From the NCBI GenBank assembly GCA_963663895.2, contig CAXXRD010000001.1, positions 416,001 through 480,000 of the forward strand: a DNA stretch of 64,000 nt, in the 5' to 3' direction. The notes beneath the pieces are model-generated. The model did not search any database. It was not told where the DNA came from and saw only the letters and a program-made list of their open reading frames with translations. This document shows, in pieces, positions 1-9,209 of this stretch. Position 1 is the stretch's first letter. Each line of letters begins with the position of its first letter. The position numbers and the translations under genes are program-made. This stretch comes from Dehalococcoidia bacterium (GTDB lineage: Bacteria > Chloroflexota > Dehalococcoidia > Bin125).

Positions 1-1239
1 GACCTCCAAAGCGTGCCGGCGGAACACCTCCAGAGCCGCAGCCATGTCGGCGACCTCGTCGCGGCCTTTGATCTCGACCCTGGACTCCAGGTCACCGCCG
101 GCCATGCGAAGCATCCAACCCGACAGCAGCTCCAGACGGCGTAACAGCACCCGGCCCACGTAGAGCCAAGCGATAAGGAAGGCGCCGCCGATGCTGATCG
201 CGCTGATCGCGAGGAGCAAGGTGCGACCGGTCAGGATGGCCTGCGAGGAAGCCCGGGTCGCTTCCTGCACGGCGACGTTGGCCGTGCCCACCAAGCCGTC
301 GACTTCGGCGACGAGGTCGACGGCGAGGTCCCGGTTGCGCGCGAGCAGCTCCACCTGCTGAGCGCCGAGCCGGAGCTCCCGGTCGAACAGATTGAAGCCG
401 CTCTGCTCCCCGGTTCCCAACTCAAACAGCTGCGCGAAAATCGAAGCGACCTCGGCGCGGAAGGGAGATTCTTCGAGAGCCGCCAAACTCCCTTCGATGC
501 GGCCGGCGGCGGCCTCGAAGCGCTCCCGCAGCGGCTCAATAAACGAGGCGTCCGACAAGCTGAACGCACTCGCCAACAGCTGTGTGGCGATGTTGGCGTC
601 CGCCTGCAACGCCGCTAAGGAGTTATAGCGGCCGAACTCGAACGCCGTGAAATGCTCTAGGCGATCCGCAGGAGGGTCGCCAAGCTCACGATAGCCCGTG
701 ATCGTGTAGAAAAGCTGGTCATCGATCTCGGGGAGCAGGATCTCGTCGAGACGAACGCGCAACTCCGTCAGCTCCACCTGCAACACTTCTCGGCGGTCAG
801 TCAATGCAAAGACCTCGGACATCTCGCCCTTGATCGCCTCAATGTTGAGGAGCAGTGTGTCGGCACGGCTGCGGATGCGCTCGAAGCGCTCGTCGTCTGC
901 ATCTCGCTGCTCCAAGACCGCCAACTCTTCTTCGAAGGCCGCATGCGCGTCGGCGATCTCGTCGGAGGCGAAGGTAAAGTCCTCAGGCGTTGTCGCAGCC
1001 GTAAGACGCGGAGCAGCCGCGACCAAGGCGCTGCTATACCGTGCTACCCCGAACGCGGCCACCACCTCGGGGACGCGACCTTCATTGACATCACTTTGGG
1101 CATTGGCCACGCGATCGAACGAGAACCAGCCGACGAGACTCGCCGCCACGGTGAGCATGACGGCTCCCCCGATTCCGATGTAGAGCTGGGTGGAGATACG
1201 GGAACGGCGGGCAAGTAAGCGCTGCAGTCGCTCAATCAC
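1..1239 (-). CDS. TorS-like membrane sensor with periplasmic domain and HAMP, probably a histidine kinase (partial, runs off window start)
   Basis: Not in the ORF track. Read manually from GTG 1239, which overlaps the upstream TGA (GTGA coupling): MIERLQRLLARRSRISTQLYIGIGGAVMLTVAASLVGWFSF (TM1) ... second TM, then HAMP MLRMAGGDLESRVEIKGRDEVADMAAALEVFRRHALEV. Confidence 0.8.
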   Translation of the reverse strand, partial: MIERLQRLLARRSRISTQLYIGIGGAVMLTVAASLVGWFSFDRVANAQSDVNEGRVPEVVAAFGVARYSSALVAAAPRLTAATTPEDFTFASDEIADAHAAFEEELAVLEQRDADDERFERIRSRADTLLLNIEAIKGEMSEVFALTDRREVLQVELTELRVRLDEILLPEIDDQLFYTITGYRELGDPPADRLEHFTAFEFGRYNSLAALQADANIATQLLASAFSLSDASFIEPLRERFEAAAGRIEGSLAALEESPFRAEVASIFAQLFELGTGEQSGFNLFDRELRLGAQQVELLARNRDLAVDLVAEVDGLVGTANVAVQEATRASSQAILTGRTLLLAISAISIGGAFLIAWLYVGRVLLRRLELLSGWMLRMAGGDLESRVEIKGRDEVADMAAALEVFRRHALEV

Positions 1240-2549
1240 GGCTGCGCTTCCTGCAGTGTGTCAATAGGACGGTACCGGCCGTCTTGTCCGATCACCGTCA
1301 GAAAGACCGCGTCCGACCCTTGGTTGTCATCTTCCCCGTAGCGGAGTTCGAACCCGTCGATATCGACCGCGTCCGCACGGCGCAGGCTGTCGAGAAAGCA
1401 GGTCCGGTCGACCTCCGGACCGCAGCCCTCAATGCCGGCGATCGCCAGGCGACCAGCCAGGTAGCCCTCAAGAGAGACAAAACCAGGAGTGACATCGGGA
1501 GCGTAAGCAGCCAAAGCGCGAAGGTAAGCGGCGACGGCGGGAATAGAGTCGTCACTGGGGAAGGGCACCACTTGCGTGACGAAGACCCCAGCCCCGGCTG
1601 GGCCGAGCTCGTCCGCCAAGGCATTGCTGCCCACGAAGGAAACGGTCATGAAGATGGGATCCAGGCCTATGTGTCGCGACCAAGCGATCAGCGCGGCGAC
1701 CGGTTGATAGGCCCCGATCAGGATCACTGCCTGGGGCGCCCCCCGGCGTAGATCGAGCAATCCCCGCTTCACAACCGTCGTATTGCGCGGGTACACCCCG
1801 ATCGCCACCGGCTCCATATCGCGCCGATCGAGCGCGCTCCGAACGCCGCGATAGCCGGCACGCCCGAAGGAATCGTCCTGGTACATCACAGCGATGCGAT
1901 CAAACCCCAGATCCTCGGTCAAGCGAGCGACCATCTCCTCGGTCTCTTGGTAGTAGGAAGCGCGGAGGTTGATCACGTTTCGCAACGTCGCAGCGCGCAG
2001 GAATTCCGCCCCGGTGAACGGAGCGACGTAGGGAATACCTACCTCTGCCGCCACGGGAACCGCGGATCGCGATGTCGGCGTGCCAACGGCGCCGATCAGC
2101 GCGAAGGCCTCTTCCTCCCCAGCCAGCGCGAGCGTGTTGGCGACGGCGGCTTCGGGTTCGTAGGAGTCATCGAAAGACAACAGATCCAGCTGCCGACCGT
2201 GCACGCCACCTTGTTGGTTTACCTCGTGGAAGGCAGCCTCGATCCCGAGTCGCATGTTCCTGCCGAGCTCTTGGGCGGGGCCGCTGAAGGCAGCAGACTG
2301 GCCGAAGAGAACACGGTCATCCGAGACGCCGGGCGCCTGCGTAGAGGTCCCTGGCTCAGGACTCGAGGCATCCAGCTGCTCCTCCTCAGAAGAGGACGTA
2401 GCCGCAGCTTCGCTTACGAGACTCGGAACATCACCGACATCGGTAGACCAAAACCAGCCAGACAGCCCCCCCACGATGGCGAGGACAACGGCTCCCACGA
2501 CCCCCAACACCAACAGAAAATCCGTCAAACGGTAGGGGAGATGCTTCAT
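1236..2549 (-). CDS. Type I periplasmic-binding-fold (LivK-like) substrate-binding protein
   Basis: N-terminal TM/signal; GQSAAFSGPAQELG, GGVHGRQL, DDSYEP, GAVGTPTS, NLRASY motifs. Confidence 0.9.
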   Translation of the reverse strand: MKHLPYRLTDFLLVLGVVGAVVLAIVGGLSGWFWSTDVGDVPSLVSEAAATSSSEEEQLDASSPEPGTSTQAPGVSDDRVLFGQSAAFSGPAQELGRNMRLGIEAAFHEVNQQGGVHGRQLDLLSFDDSYEPEAAVANTLALAGEEEAFALIGAVGTPTSRSAVPVAAEVGIPYVAPFTGAEFLRAATLRNVINLRASYYQETEEMVARLTEDLGFDRIAVMYQDDSFGRAGYRGVRSALDRRDMEPVAIGVYPRNTTVVKRGLLDLRRGAPQAVILIGAYQPVAALIAWSRHIGLDPIFMTVSFVGSNALADELGPAGAGVFVTQVVPFPSDDSIPAVAAYLRALAAYAPDVTPGFVSLEGYLAGRLAIAGIEGCGPEVDRTCFLDSLRRADAVDIDGFELRYGEDDNQGSDAVFLTVIGQDGRYRPIDTLQEAQP

Positions 2550-2965
2550 TCCATCTTACGTGTGGCCAGGGTCAGATGGTTTCTGCCCTGCTCCCGACGA
2601 TAATGCAACTCGTCCATCAGCTCGCGCACCAAATGGACGCCAAGCCCGCCTATGGGGCGATCTTCGATCGACCCTTCCAGAACAGGCGGAGGGGTGTCAC
2701 TCAGCGGGTCAAAAGGGCGACCGTCGTCGATGATCTCGATGGTGAGGGTATCCGGCTCCGAGGTCAGGACGATCTCGAACTCATGGATTCCGTCATCGTA
2801 GCCGTAGTCCATGACGTTGAGCCCCAATTCCTCAAGGACCAAGTTCACCCGGAAGATGAGCGCCGGAGACCAACTCTCCTGCTCCCCGAAGTCTTCGACG
2901 GCGGCGGTGATGCGATCCAACTCGTCGTGGCGGGTTTCGACCTTTAGAGACAGCGTCGCGCTCAA
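2546..2965 (-). CDS. Anti-sigma factor Ser/Thr kinase (RsbW/SpoIIAB-like)
   Basis: LVLEELGLNVMDY, DDGRPFDP and RPIGGLGVHLV HATPase_c_2 motifs. Confidence 0.9.
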   Translation of the reverse strand: MSATLSLKVETRHDELDRITAAVEDFGEQESWSPALIFRVNLVLEELGLNVMDYGYDDGIHEFEIVLTSEPDTLTIEIIDDGRPFDPLSDTPPPVLEGSIEDRPIGGLGVHLVRELMDELHYRREQGRNHLTLATRKME

Positions 2966-4128
2966 GGTTCGGACTCACGGCGCCAGAGCGTCACGCAGGT
3001 AATGTCATCGGACTGCGGCATGTCACCCGCGAAGGCGTGCACAGCCTCGAAAATCGCCGAGTTCGCTTCTTCCCAATTCGAAGGGGGAGATACCGCGAAG
3101 ATCGCGCGCAGACCTTCCGTCCCAAACTCGTCGTTCTCAATATTCATGGCTTCGGTGACGCCGTCGGTGTAGAAGACGACGGCGTCCCCCGGTGCCAGGG
3201 TCACGCTATCTTGCCCGTATTTGAGGTCGGGTACCAGCCCGAGGGCGATCCCATCGGTCAGAGGGAGCAGCGTCGAGCTTCCGTCGGCGTGGACGAGGAG
3301 TGGAGGATTGTGCCCACCGTTCGCGTAGTGGAGCTCGCCGCTCGCCGGATCGTATTCCGCGTAGAGAACGGTCACGAACATGGAGGCCTCGTTGTCCTCG
3401 TGCAGCAGGTCGTTGACTTCACGAAGCACCGCGCCGGGATCACTGTTTCCGATGGCCGCGCCTTTCAGCAGGGTGCGGGTAGACATCATGAAGAGAGCAG
3501 CGGGCACGCCCTTGTCCGAGACATCCGCGACGGCGAGGCCGATGCGCCCGTTCTCCAAACTCATGACGTCAAAGAAATCGCCTCCCACGCTGCGAGCGGG
3601 CTCCATGCTGCCAACGATCTGGTAGCTGGGACCCTTGGGAAACTCCGCGGGGAGAATGGACTGCTGCATCTTGCTTGCGACATCGAGTTCGTTCTGCAAG
3701 GCGACGAGCTTGTCACGCGATGCGAGCGCCTCGCGCCACTCGGCCAGGTGGCGCAGCGTCCGGTCGATCGTGACTTTCAGGTCCTCGAAGTCGACCGGCT
3801 TGGTGACAAAATCGAATGCGCCCCGATTCATCGCCGTGCGGATGTTCTTCATATCGCCGTAGGCCGAAATGATCACGGATCGGATATCGGGATCGACTTG
3901 GGGAATCTGCTCGAGCAGCGTCAGCCCATCCATCTGCGGCATGTTGATGTCCGAGAGGACCATGTCGATGCCCGGGTCCTCCCGCAGCCGCTCCAGTGCT
4001 TCTACCCCGTTATGGGCAAAGAGGAACTCATAGCGGCCAGCCCGAATGTGGCGTCGCATCCGCTGCAACATGAGCGGCTCAAGGTCCGGCTCGTCGTCAA
4101 CTACGAGGATCTTGGCTGGCCTCGGCAT
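2962..4128 (-). CDS. Response regulator receiver + PP2C/SpoIIE phosphatase (RsbU-like)
   Basis: REC: ILVVDDE, SDINMPQMDG, FVTKP. SpoIIE: VGGDFFD, ADVSDKG, YTDGVTEA, SDDIT. Confidence 0.93.
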   Translation of the reverse strand: MPRPAKILVVDDEPDLEPLMLQRMRRHIRAGRYEFLFAHNGVEALERLREDPGIDMVLSDINMPQMDGLTLLEQIPQVDPDIRSVIISAYGDMKNIRTAMNRGAFDFVTKPVDFEDLKVTIDRTLRHLAEWREALASRDKLVALQNELDVASKMQQSILPAEFPKGPSYQIVGSMEPARSVGGDFFDVMSLENGRIGLAVADVSDKGVPAALFMMSTRTLLKGAAIGNSDPGAVLREVNDLLHEDNEASMFVTVLYAEYDPASGELHYANGGHNPPLLVHADGSSTLLPLTDGIALGLVPDLKYGQDSVTLAPGDAVVFYTDGVTEAMNIENDEFGTEGLRAIFAVSPPSNWEEANSAIFEAVHAFAGDMPQSDDITCVTLWRRESEP

Positions 4129-4215
4129 GGCTCCTCATTCCCGACACTTCCGCACTAGCCCGCATCTCGCTCCAACGAAGCGACCCCGGCCCTGCATCTT
4201 TGCGCATCGGATCGA

Positions 4216-4554
4216 TCAGCTTTTGAGTGCGGTCAGTGCCTCGGTTTGTGAAGGGTGAATCGGGATAATCTTGTCAAAGCCACTGACTTCGAAGATCTCC
4301 CGTATCGGATCCGAGAGAGAGCAAACCGCAAGCTTCGCGTCCTGTTTTCCGAGCGTCTTCGCGGTGAGCAGAATGACGCGAAGGCCCGCGCTGCTGATGT
4401 AGGAGAGTTGCTCGAGATCGAGAAGGAGAGCACGATCGCCCGCATCGATCGCAGCCTCCAAGGCATCCTGAAATTCACGGGCGTTAGCACCGTCGACGCG
4501 GCTCTGAGCCTTTGCGATAAGGGTTCCCTCTTCCCGCCTGGTCTCAAGCTCCAT
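4216..4554 (-). CDS. STAS anti-sigma factor antagonist (RsbV/SpoIIAA-like)
   Basis: LLDLEQLSYISSAGLRVIL with the phosphoacceptor Ser; EIFEVSGF. Confidence 0.92.
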   Translation of the reverse strand: MELETRREEGTLIAKAQSRVDGANAREFQDALEAAIDAGDRALLLDLEQLSYISSAGLRVILLTAKTLGKQDAKLAVCSLSDPIREIFEVSGFDKIIPIHPSQTEALTALKS

Positions 4555-4743
4555 TATGTCATTCTCCTCAACATCGCAGCATCACGCGCAGCTGGCCGTG
4601 TTACCTGAATCGTGACCGTTCCTCTCCATCGCGATACCGCCGCCTTGTTCAGCACGAGCCAACTCTTGTGGCCGACAGTCCGCTCTAGAAGCACTACTCA
4701 AGCCTGCCCCATGATAGGCCGAGCAAATTCGGAAAAGCTACGG

Positions 4744-5058
4744 CTAGGCCTCTCCAGTCTCCTCGGACAGTACACCAGAAACCCAGCTATGGGGGCGATC
4801 GGCTTGACCGGTGGTGCTCACCTCACGGATCGTCGCGACGACTTGCGCGACCAGATCGTCTGTAACGACCGACTCGATCTTCACCATGGGCATGAACGCC
4901 ACCTGATATTGGGCGCCCCGGTGGATCTCAGCATGATCCCCCTCCGGACCGAACCCTTTCACTTCGGTGGCGGTCAGATCGCTGATCCCGATCTCCATCA
5001 AGGCAGCATGCACCGGCTCGAGCCGGTCCGGTCGAATCCTTGCCGTGACTAGTTTCAT
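4744..5058 (-). CDS. glnK: Degenerate PII nitrogen regulator (GlnK-like)
   Basis: MKLVTARIRP...EVKGFG...RGAQY...KIE, adjacent to amtB. The T-loop RQK, the B-loop GDGKIF and the C-loop RIR motifs are lost. Confidence 0.75.
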   Translation of the reverse strand: MKLVTARIRPDRLEPVHAALMEIGISDLTATEVKGFGPEGDHAEIHRGAQYQVAFMPMVKIESVVTDDLVAQVVATIREVSTTGQADRPHSWVSGVLSEETGEA

Positions 5059-5079
5059 CGCGTCCGATCTCTTCGTTCC

Positions 5080-6302
5080 CTACAGGTCATAACCCCGCTC
5101 TCCGTGCGTGGTGAGATCCAAGCCTACCAACTCCGCTTCCTCGTCAACGCGCAAACCGCCGGTGAGAACGGCTGTGACCTTTAGGATCAGGAAGGTGAAT
5201 CCGGCCGACCAAGCCACGGCCGCGACCACGCCGATCGCCTGCACGCCTAGCTGCGATCTAACCGTGCCGCTCTCGACCAGCACCCCTCCGCCATCAAGGG
5301 CGTGTATCGCCAAAACGGCGACCAGCAGCGTGCCGAAGATCCCGCCGACCCCATGCACGGCGAACACGTCGAGCGAGTCGTCGATCTTCAACTTCTTCTT
5401 CACCACATCAACAGCGAAGAAACAGACCGCGCCTGCCGCCGCGCCGAGGATCAAGCCACCCACCGGACCGACGAAGCCGGAAGTGGGGGTCACCGTGGCG
5501 AGGCCGGCGATCACGCCGGTCACGGCGCCCACCAGCGAGGGCTTGCCGAACTTGATCCACTCGATCGCCGACCAGACCACGGCGGCGCTGGCAGCGGCGA
5601 TGTGCGTCACGGCGATGGCCATGCCGGCCCCACCGTCGGCCGCCAACTGACCGCCCCCATTGAAACCGAACCAGCCAAGAGCATCCCCGCGCCCATCGCC
5701 GTCAGGCCGGGATTATGCGGCGGCTGGATCTGGTCGGGAAAGCCGCTCCGTCTCCCCAGAAAAGCGGCGGTGACCAGAGCCGCCACACCAGCGCTCGTGT
5801 GGACGACGATGCCGCCCGCGAAGTCCATCACGCCGAGGTCGCCCAGCCAGCCGCCGCCCCAGACCCAATGTGCTATCGGTGCGTAGACGAGCAGTACTCA
5901 GGCGCTGCTCAGAATCACCACGCCCGAGAACTTGATGCGCTCCACATAGGCGCCCACGATCAGCGCCGGGGTAATGATGACAAACGTCATCTGGAAGATG
6001 GCGAAGACGATCTCCGGAATGGAGCCGCTCATTTTGTCCGCCGTGATGCCGGAGAAGAAGACTTTCCCTACCCCGCCGATCATGCCGCCCACGCTATCGT
6101 CGAAAGCCAGGCTGTAGCCCACGAACAACCACAGGAGACTTGCCAGCGCGGCAATGGAAACGCAGTGCATCACCACGGACAGCACCGAGTTGGATCGCAC
6201 GAGCCCGGCATAGAACATCGCCAAGCCCGGCAAGGTCATAAAGAAGACCAACGCCGTCGCAACAAGAATCCAGGCAGTATCGCCAGAATTCACCAGCGGC
6301 AC
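5080..6302 (-). pseudogene. amtB: Ammonium transporter AmtB, disrupted
   Basis: SGDTAW...FQMTF...VERIKF. In-frame TGA at 5898-5900 replaces the Trp in LSSA*VLLVYAPIAHWVW. Then DFAGGIVVH, a frameshift near 5677 in GAGML|GWFGFNGG, then DDSLDVFAVHGVGG and GLDLTTHGERGY. Confidence 0.9.
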
Positions 6303-6857
6303 CCCTCCGCATCTCTAGAGCCAGCCTGCGCGCCTTGCGCGGCACGCCCCCAGCCCCCTCCCCCACTCCAACTGGATTAGGGAGAGGGGAGAGGATACAG
6401 CAGCGGAAAGCAGTTTCGAAAAGCGGTTACCTCATATTGGATATTGGCGGCGAAGACCCCGGCGCAGATCACCCAAGCCCCGCTCGACAGCGCGGCCGCT
6501 CCGATCAAAGTCGAGCCGGTGCGAGTCGGCAGCCCGACCCCAATGCTGCGCTAGCGCTCCCGTCGTGAGCACCGGTGTCCGCTGTGCCTATCGCAGCGGC
6601 CAACGCAGAGATCCGATCCGGAGATCTCCCGCCCGGGACCTCGGCAGACTCTTCAGAGAGGGATCGAGATCGGCGTGGTACCTTCCTCGCGCGCGATCAC
6701 AGTCATAGGAAGTCCGCCAGTGGATGCGACCGGTTCGGTCGAGAGGGCCTTCGGTCCAGCGGCGAAGCGTTCAGGCGGCCGTGTCCGTACCACCGATTCC
6801 GGCCTGTGCGATGAACCGCAAGCCATCCTGAAAGCGAGCGTACAGATGCAAGCGAAA

Positions 6858-7976
6858 ATGCGGTCCCGTCCCCGCGTAGTTGTGGCGCTGCTCGCCGGAG
6901 TACTGCTGCTGTTCGCACTGGGCACGGCAGTGGGTCACGCGCACACAGATCGCTCGGAGAGCACGCGAGCGAGCTTCAGCGGCAACGTGCCTGCGGAAGG
7001 GGGGCTCGCCCTCCTCGTTACAACGGAGAGATCGACACCGACGGCACTAGTCAACGTGCTCGCCGACGCCGGGTGCACGGCGAACGTGATCGCGGTTTTC
7101 CAAAACGGATACCTTCTGTTCGTGCCCGGCGCGCCGGAGCGTCTCAACCAAGCTTTCCCAGCGGCACTACCGGCAGATACACCGTTCTTCGTGCGCTGCG
7201 AGCCGACTGCGCCTGCGGTCGATCCCAAGCAGGCGGCCTATCGGATCGACGATGAGGAAGTCACGCTGACCGACGGCCGCAGCGCCACGCCGGTGGTGCC
7301 CGGATCAGCCAGCATGGCTGTCACGACCTTGCTCCAGCAGTCATACGGGCAGTTGGACGGCGCAGGCGCCACGGACGCCGCCGTGATCCTGGCACACAAC
7401 TCCGGTGGCAGCGGCACGTTCTACTACCTCGCCGTGGTTGGGACCGACGATCCCGCCCCGACGCTGTGGCTTGGCGACCGCTTGATCGTCCAGCGCCTCT
7501 CGGCCGCGAACGGGCAGATCGTGGTCACCTATCTCGATCGAGCGCTCGATACTCCGTTCGCCGCTCCGCCGACGGTACCGGTGACGCGCATCTTCGCCGC
7601 CGAGCGCGGCGGGCTGGTGGAGATCGGCGCGGGTGCCTGCGAGGCCCAAAACCTCGACCAGCTCGGCTCGTTTGTGTTCGTCACGGCGCCGGCGCCGGGC
7701 GCCCAACTCTTCAGTGGCTTCACCGTCGAAGGCTGCTCGCGCACCTTCGAATCCACGGTGAATTGGTCCCTGCACGATCGCGCAGGCACCGAGCTCGTTT
7801 CCGGCCACACGAATGGCGGCGGCTTCGATGGCCCCGCGCGTTTCTCGTTCACGGTCGAATACGACAGCCCGGCTGGCGGGCCGCAGGTCGGCTCCTTGCG
7901 CGTATTCGAGGTAGATGTCTCGGAAGGCGAAGGGTACCCGCCTCCCGAGGTCGTGATCCCCATCGCGCTGCCCTGA
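6858..7976 (+). CDS. Secreted multidomain protein with C-terminal Gmad2-like Ig domain
   Basis: Signal peptide (RPRVVVALLAGVLLLFALG); middle GGSGTFYYLAV...LGDR domain; C-terminal P.PG...TVEGCSRTFESTVNWSL. The start is probably ATG 6858 or 6846. Confidence 0.65.
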   Translation: MRSRPRVVVALLAGVLLLFALGTAVGHAHTDRSESTRASFSGNVPAEGGLALLVTTERSTPTALVNVLADAGCTANVIAVFQNGYLLFVPGAPERLNQAFPAALPADTPFFVRCEPTAPAVDPKQAAYRIDDEEVTLTDGRSATPVVPGSASMAVTTLLQQSYGQLDGAGATDAAVILAHNSGGSGTFYYLAVVGTDDPAPTLWLGDRLIVQRLSAANGQIVVTYLDRALDTPFAAPPTVPVTRIFAAERGGLVEIGAGACEAQNLDQLGSFVFVTAPAPGAQLFSGFTVEGCSRTFESTVNWSLHDRAGTELVSGHTNGGGFDGPARFSFTVEYDSPAGGPQVGSLRVFEVDVSEGEGYPPPEVVIPIALP

Positions 7977-8112
7977 GCGCCGCACTCCCGGCAGGGGTGA
8001 GGTGGTCAGATGTCCTAGGTATCGTAAAGCGCCGAGGCGCTTGCTTTCGCGCCAGCACCGCCGGGCCGGAGCCCCGGAAACCTCGGCGAAGGACCTCTGT
8101 GAAGCGGAGCGT

Positions 8113-8895
8113 CTAGCGCTGCTGGGACATCAGTCCGCCGTCGACGGTGTAGACGCTGCCGGTGATATAGGAAGCGTCGTCACTCGCCAGGAAGGCGATC
8201 GCAGCAGCCATCTCGGACGGCTCGGCGTAGCGCTGGAGGGGGACGCTCTGCCGCCAGGCCTCGTGTGCCTGCTCAGGATCATCCGGGTTGTAGCCACGCT
8301 CGGCACCGCGCATCATCGCCGTGTCGGTGGGGCCCGGACAGATGCAGTTGACGCGGATGCCATGGGGGGCAAGCTCCACCGCCGCGGTCTGAGTCATCCC
8401 CAAGACGGCGTGCTTGCTGGCGCCGTAGGCGATAATGAACGGCGAAGCGGCGAGGGCTGCGGTCGAAGCGGTGTTGATGATGGAACCGCCACCGCTGCGC
8501 TTCATGGCGGGGACAACCGCCTTCATGCCGAGCCAGACGCCCCGTGCGTTAATCGCCATCACCTTGTCAAAGGCCTGCTCTGGATAGTCTTCCAGGGGAT
8601 GGTTGGGACCCAGAATCGCGGCGTTCTGGACCAGCACATCGATCCTGCCGAATGTGCCGGTCGCTTCGCGGGCGTAACGCTGGACATCGGTGGCGTCGGT
8701 GACATCCGCCCCGACGGCGAGCGCCTCCCGCCCAAGCCGGCGCACGGCCTCCACCGTGCCGTCCAAGGAACTGTCGGAGACATCGACCGCGACGATGTTA
8801 GCTCCTTCCGAAGCGAATCGCTCGGCCGTGGCGCGCCCGATGCCGCCAGCCGCCCCCGTGACGACAACCACCTTGTCCGGGAATCGCTCTGCCAT
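8113..8895 (-). CDS. Short-chain dehydrogenase/reductase (SDR)
   Basis: TGAAGGIG, QNAA, YGASK, IRVNCICPG, VDGG. Confidence 0.93.
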   Translation of the reverse strand: MAERFPDKVVVVTGAAGGIGRATAERFASEGANIVAVDVSDSSLDGTVEAVRRLGREALAVGADVTDATDVQRYAREATGTFGRIDVLVQNAAILGPNHPLEDYPEQAFDKVMAINARGVWLGMKAVVPAMKRSGGGSIINTASTAALAASPFIIAYGASKHAVLGMTQTAAVELAPHGIRVNCICPGPTDTAMMRGAERGYNPDDPEQAHEAWRQSVPLQRYAEPSEMAAAIAFLASDDASYITGSVYTVDGGLMSQQR

Positions 8896-9209
8896 CGCTC
8901 CGCCTCCGCGCTCCCTGCCTTGGAGCCCTTAGCCGTGGCACCGATTCTAACGGCTAGACTCGTCACCGCGAGAGGGGGCGGGGACGATGAACCCTCCCGC
9001 GCCGACGGCGGGTCCCGGTTCCTCGCACCGGGTAAGTTCGCTGGGCGAGGCGATGAGAGCCCCGAGCGGAACGGGCGCTCAAAAGGACAAGCGGCTGTGG
9101 AAAAGGGCAGCGGGGATGGCGTCGAGCGGCAAACGTGCTGAGCGCGCCGTGGACGTAGCGGGCCGTGCCGTGCGCTGCGGCCAATCCCTGCGATAGGAAG
9201 GGATCCGTC

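Noticed and set aside
5898-5900. In-frame TGA in amtB as selenocysteine or genetic-code reassignment
   Set aside because: The position is a conserved Trp, the gene has a second lesion, and TGA is used as a normal stop throughout the window.
6350-6395. CCCTCCCCC...GGAGAGGGG hairpin as a REP/MITE
   Set aside because: Only one imperfect copy is in the window, so a repeat family cannot be supported.
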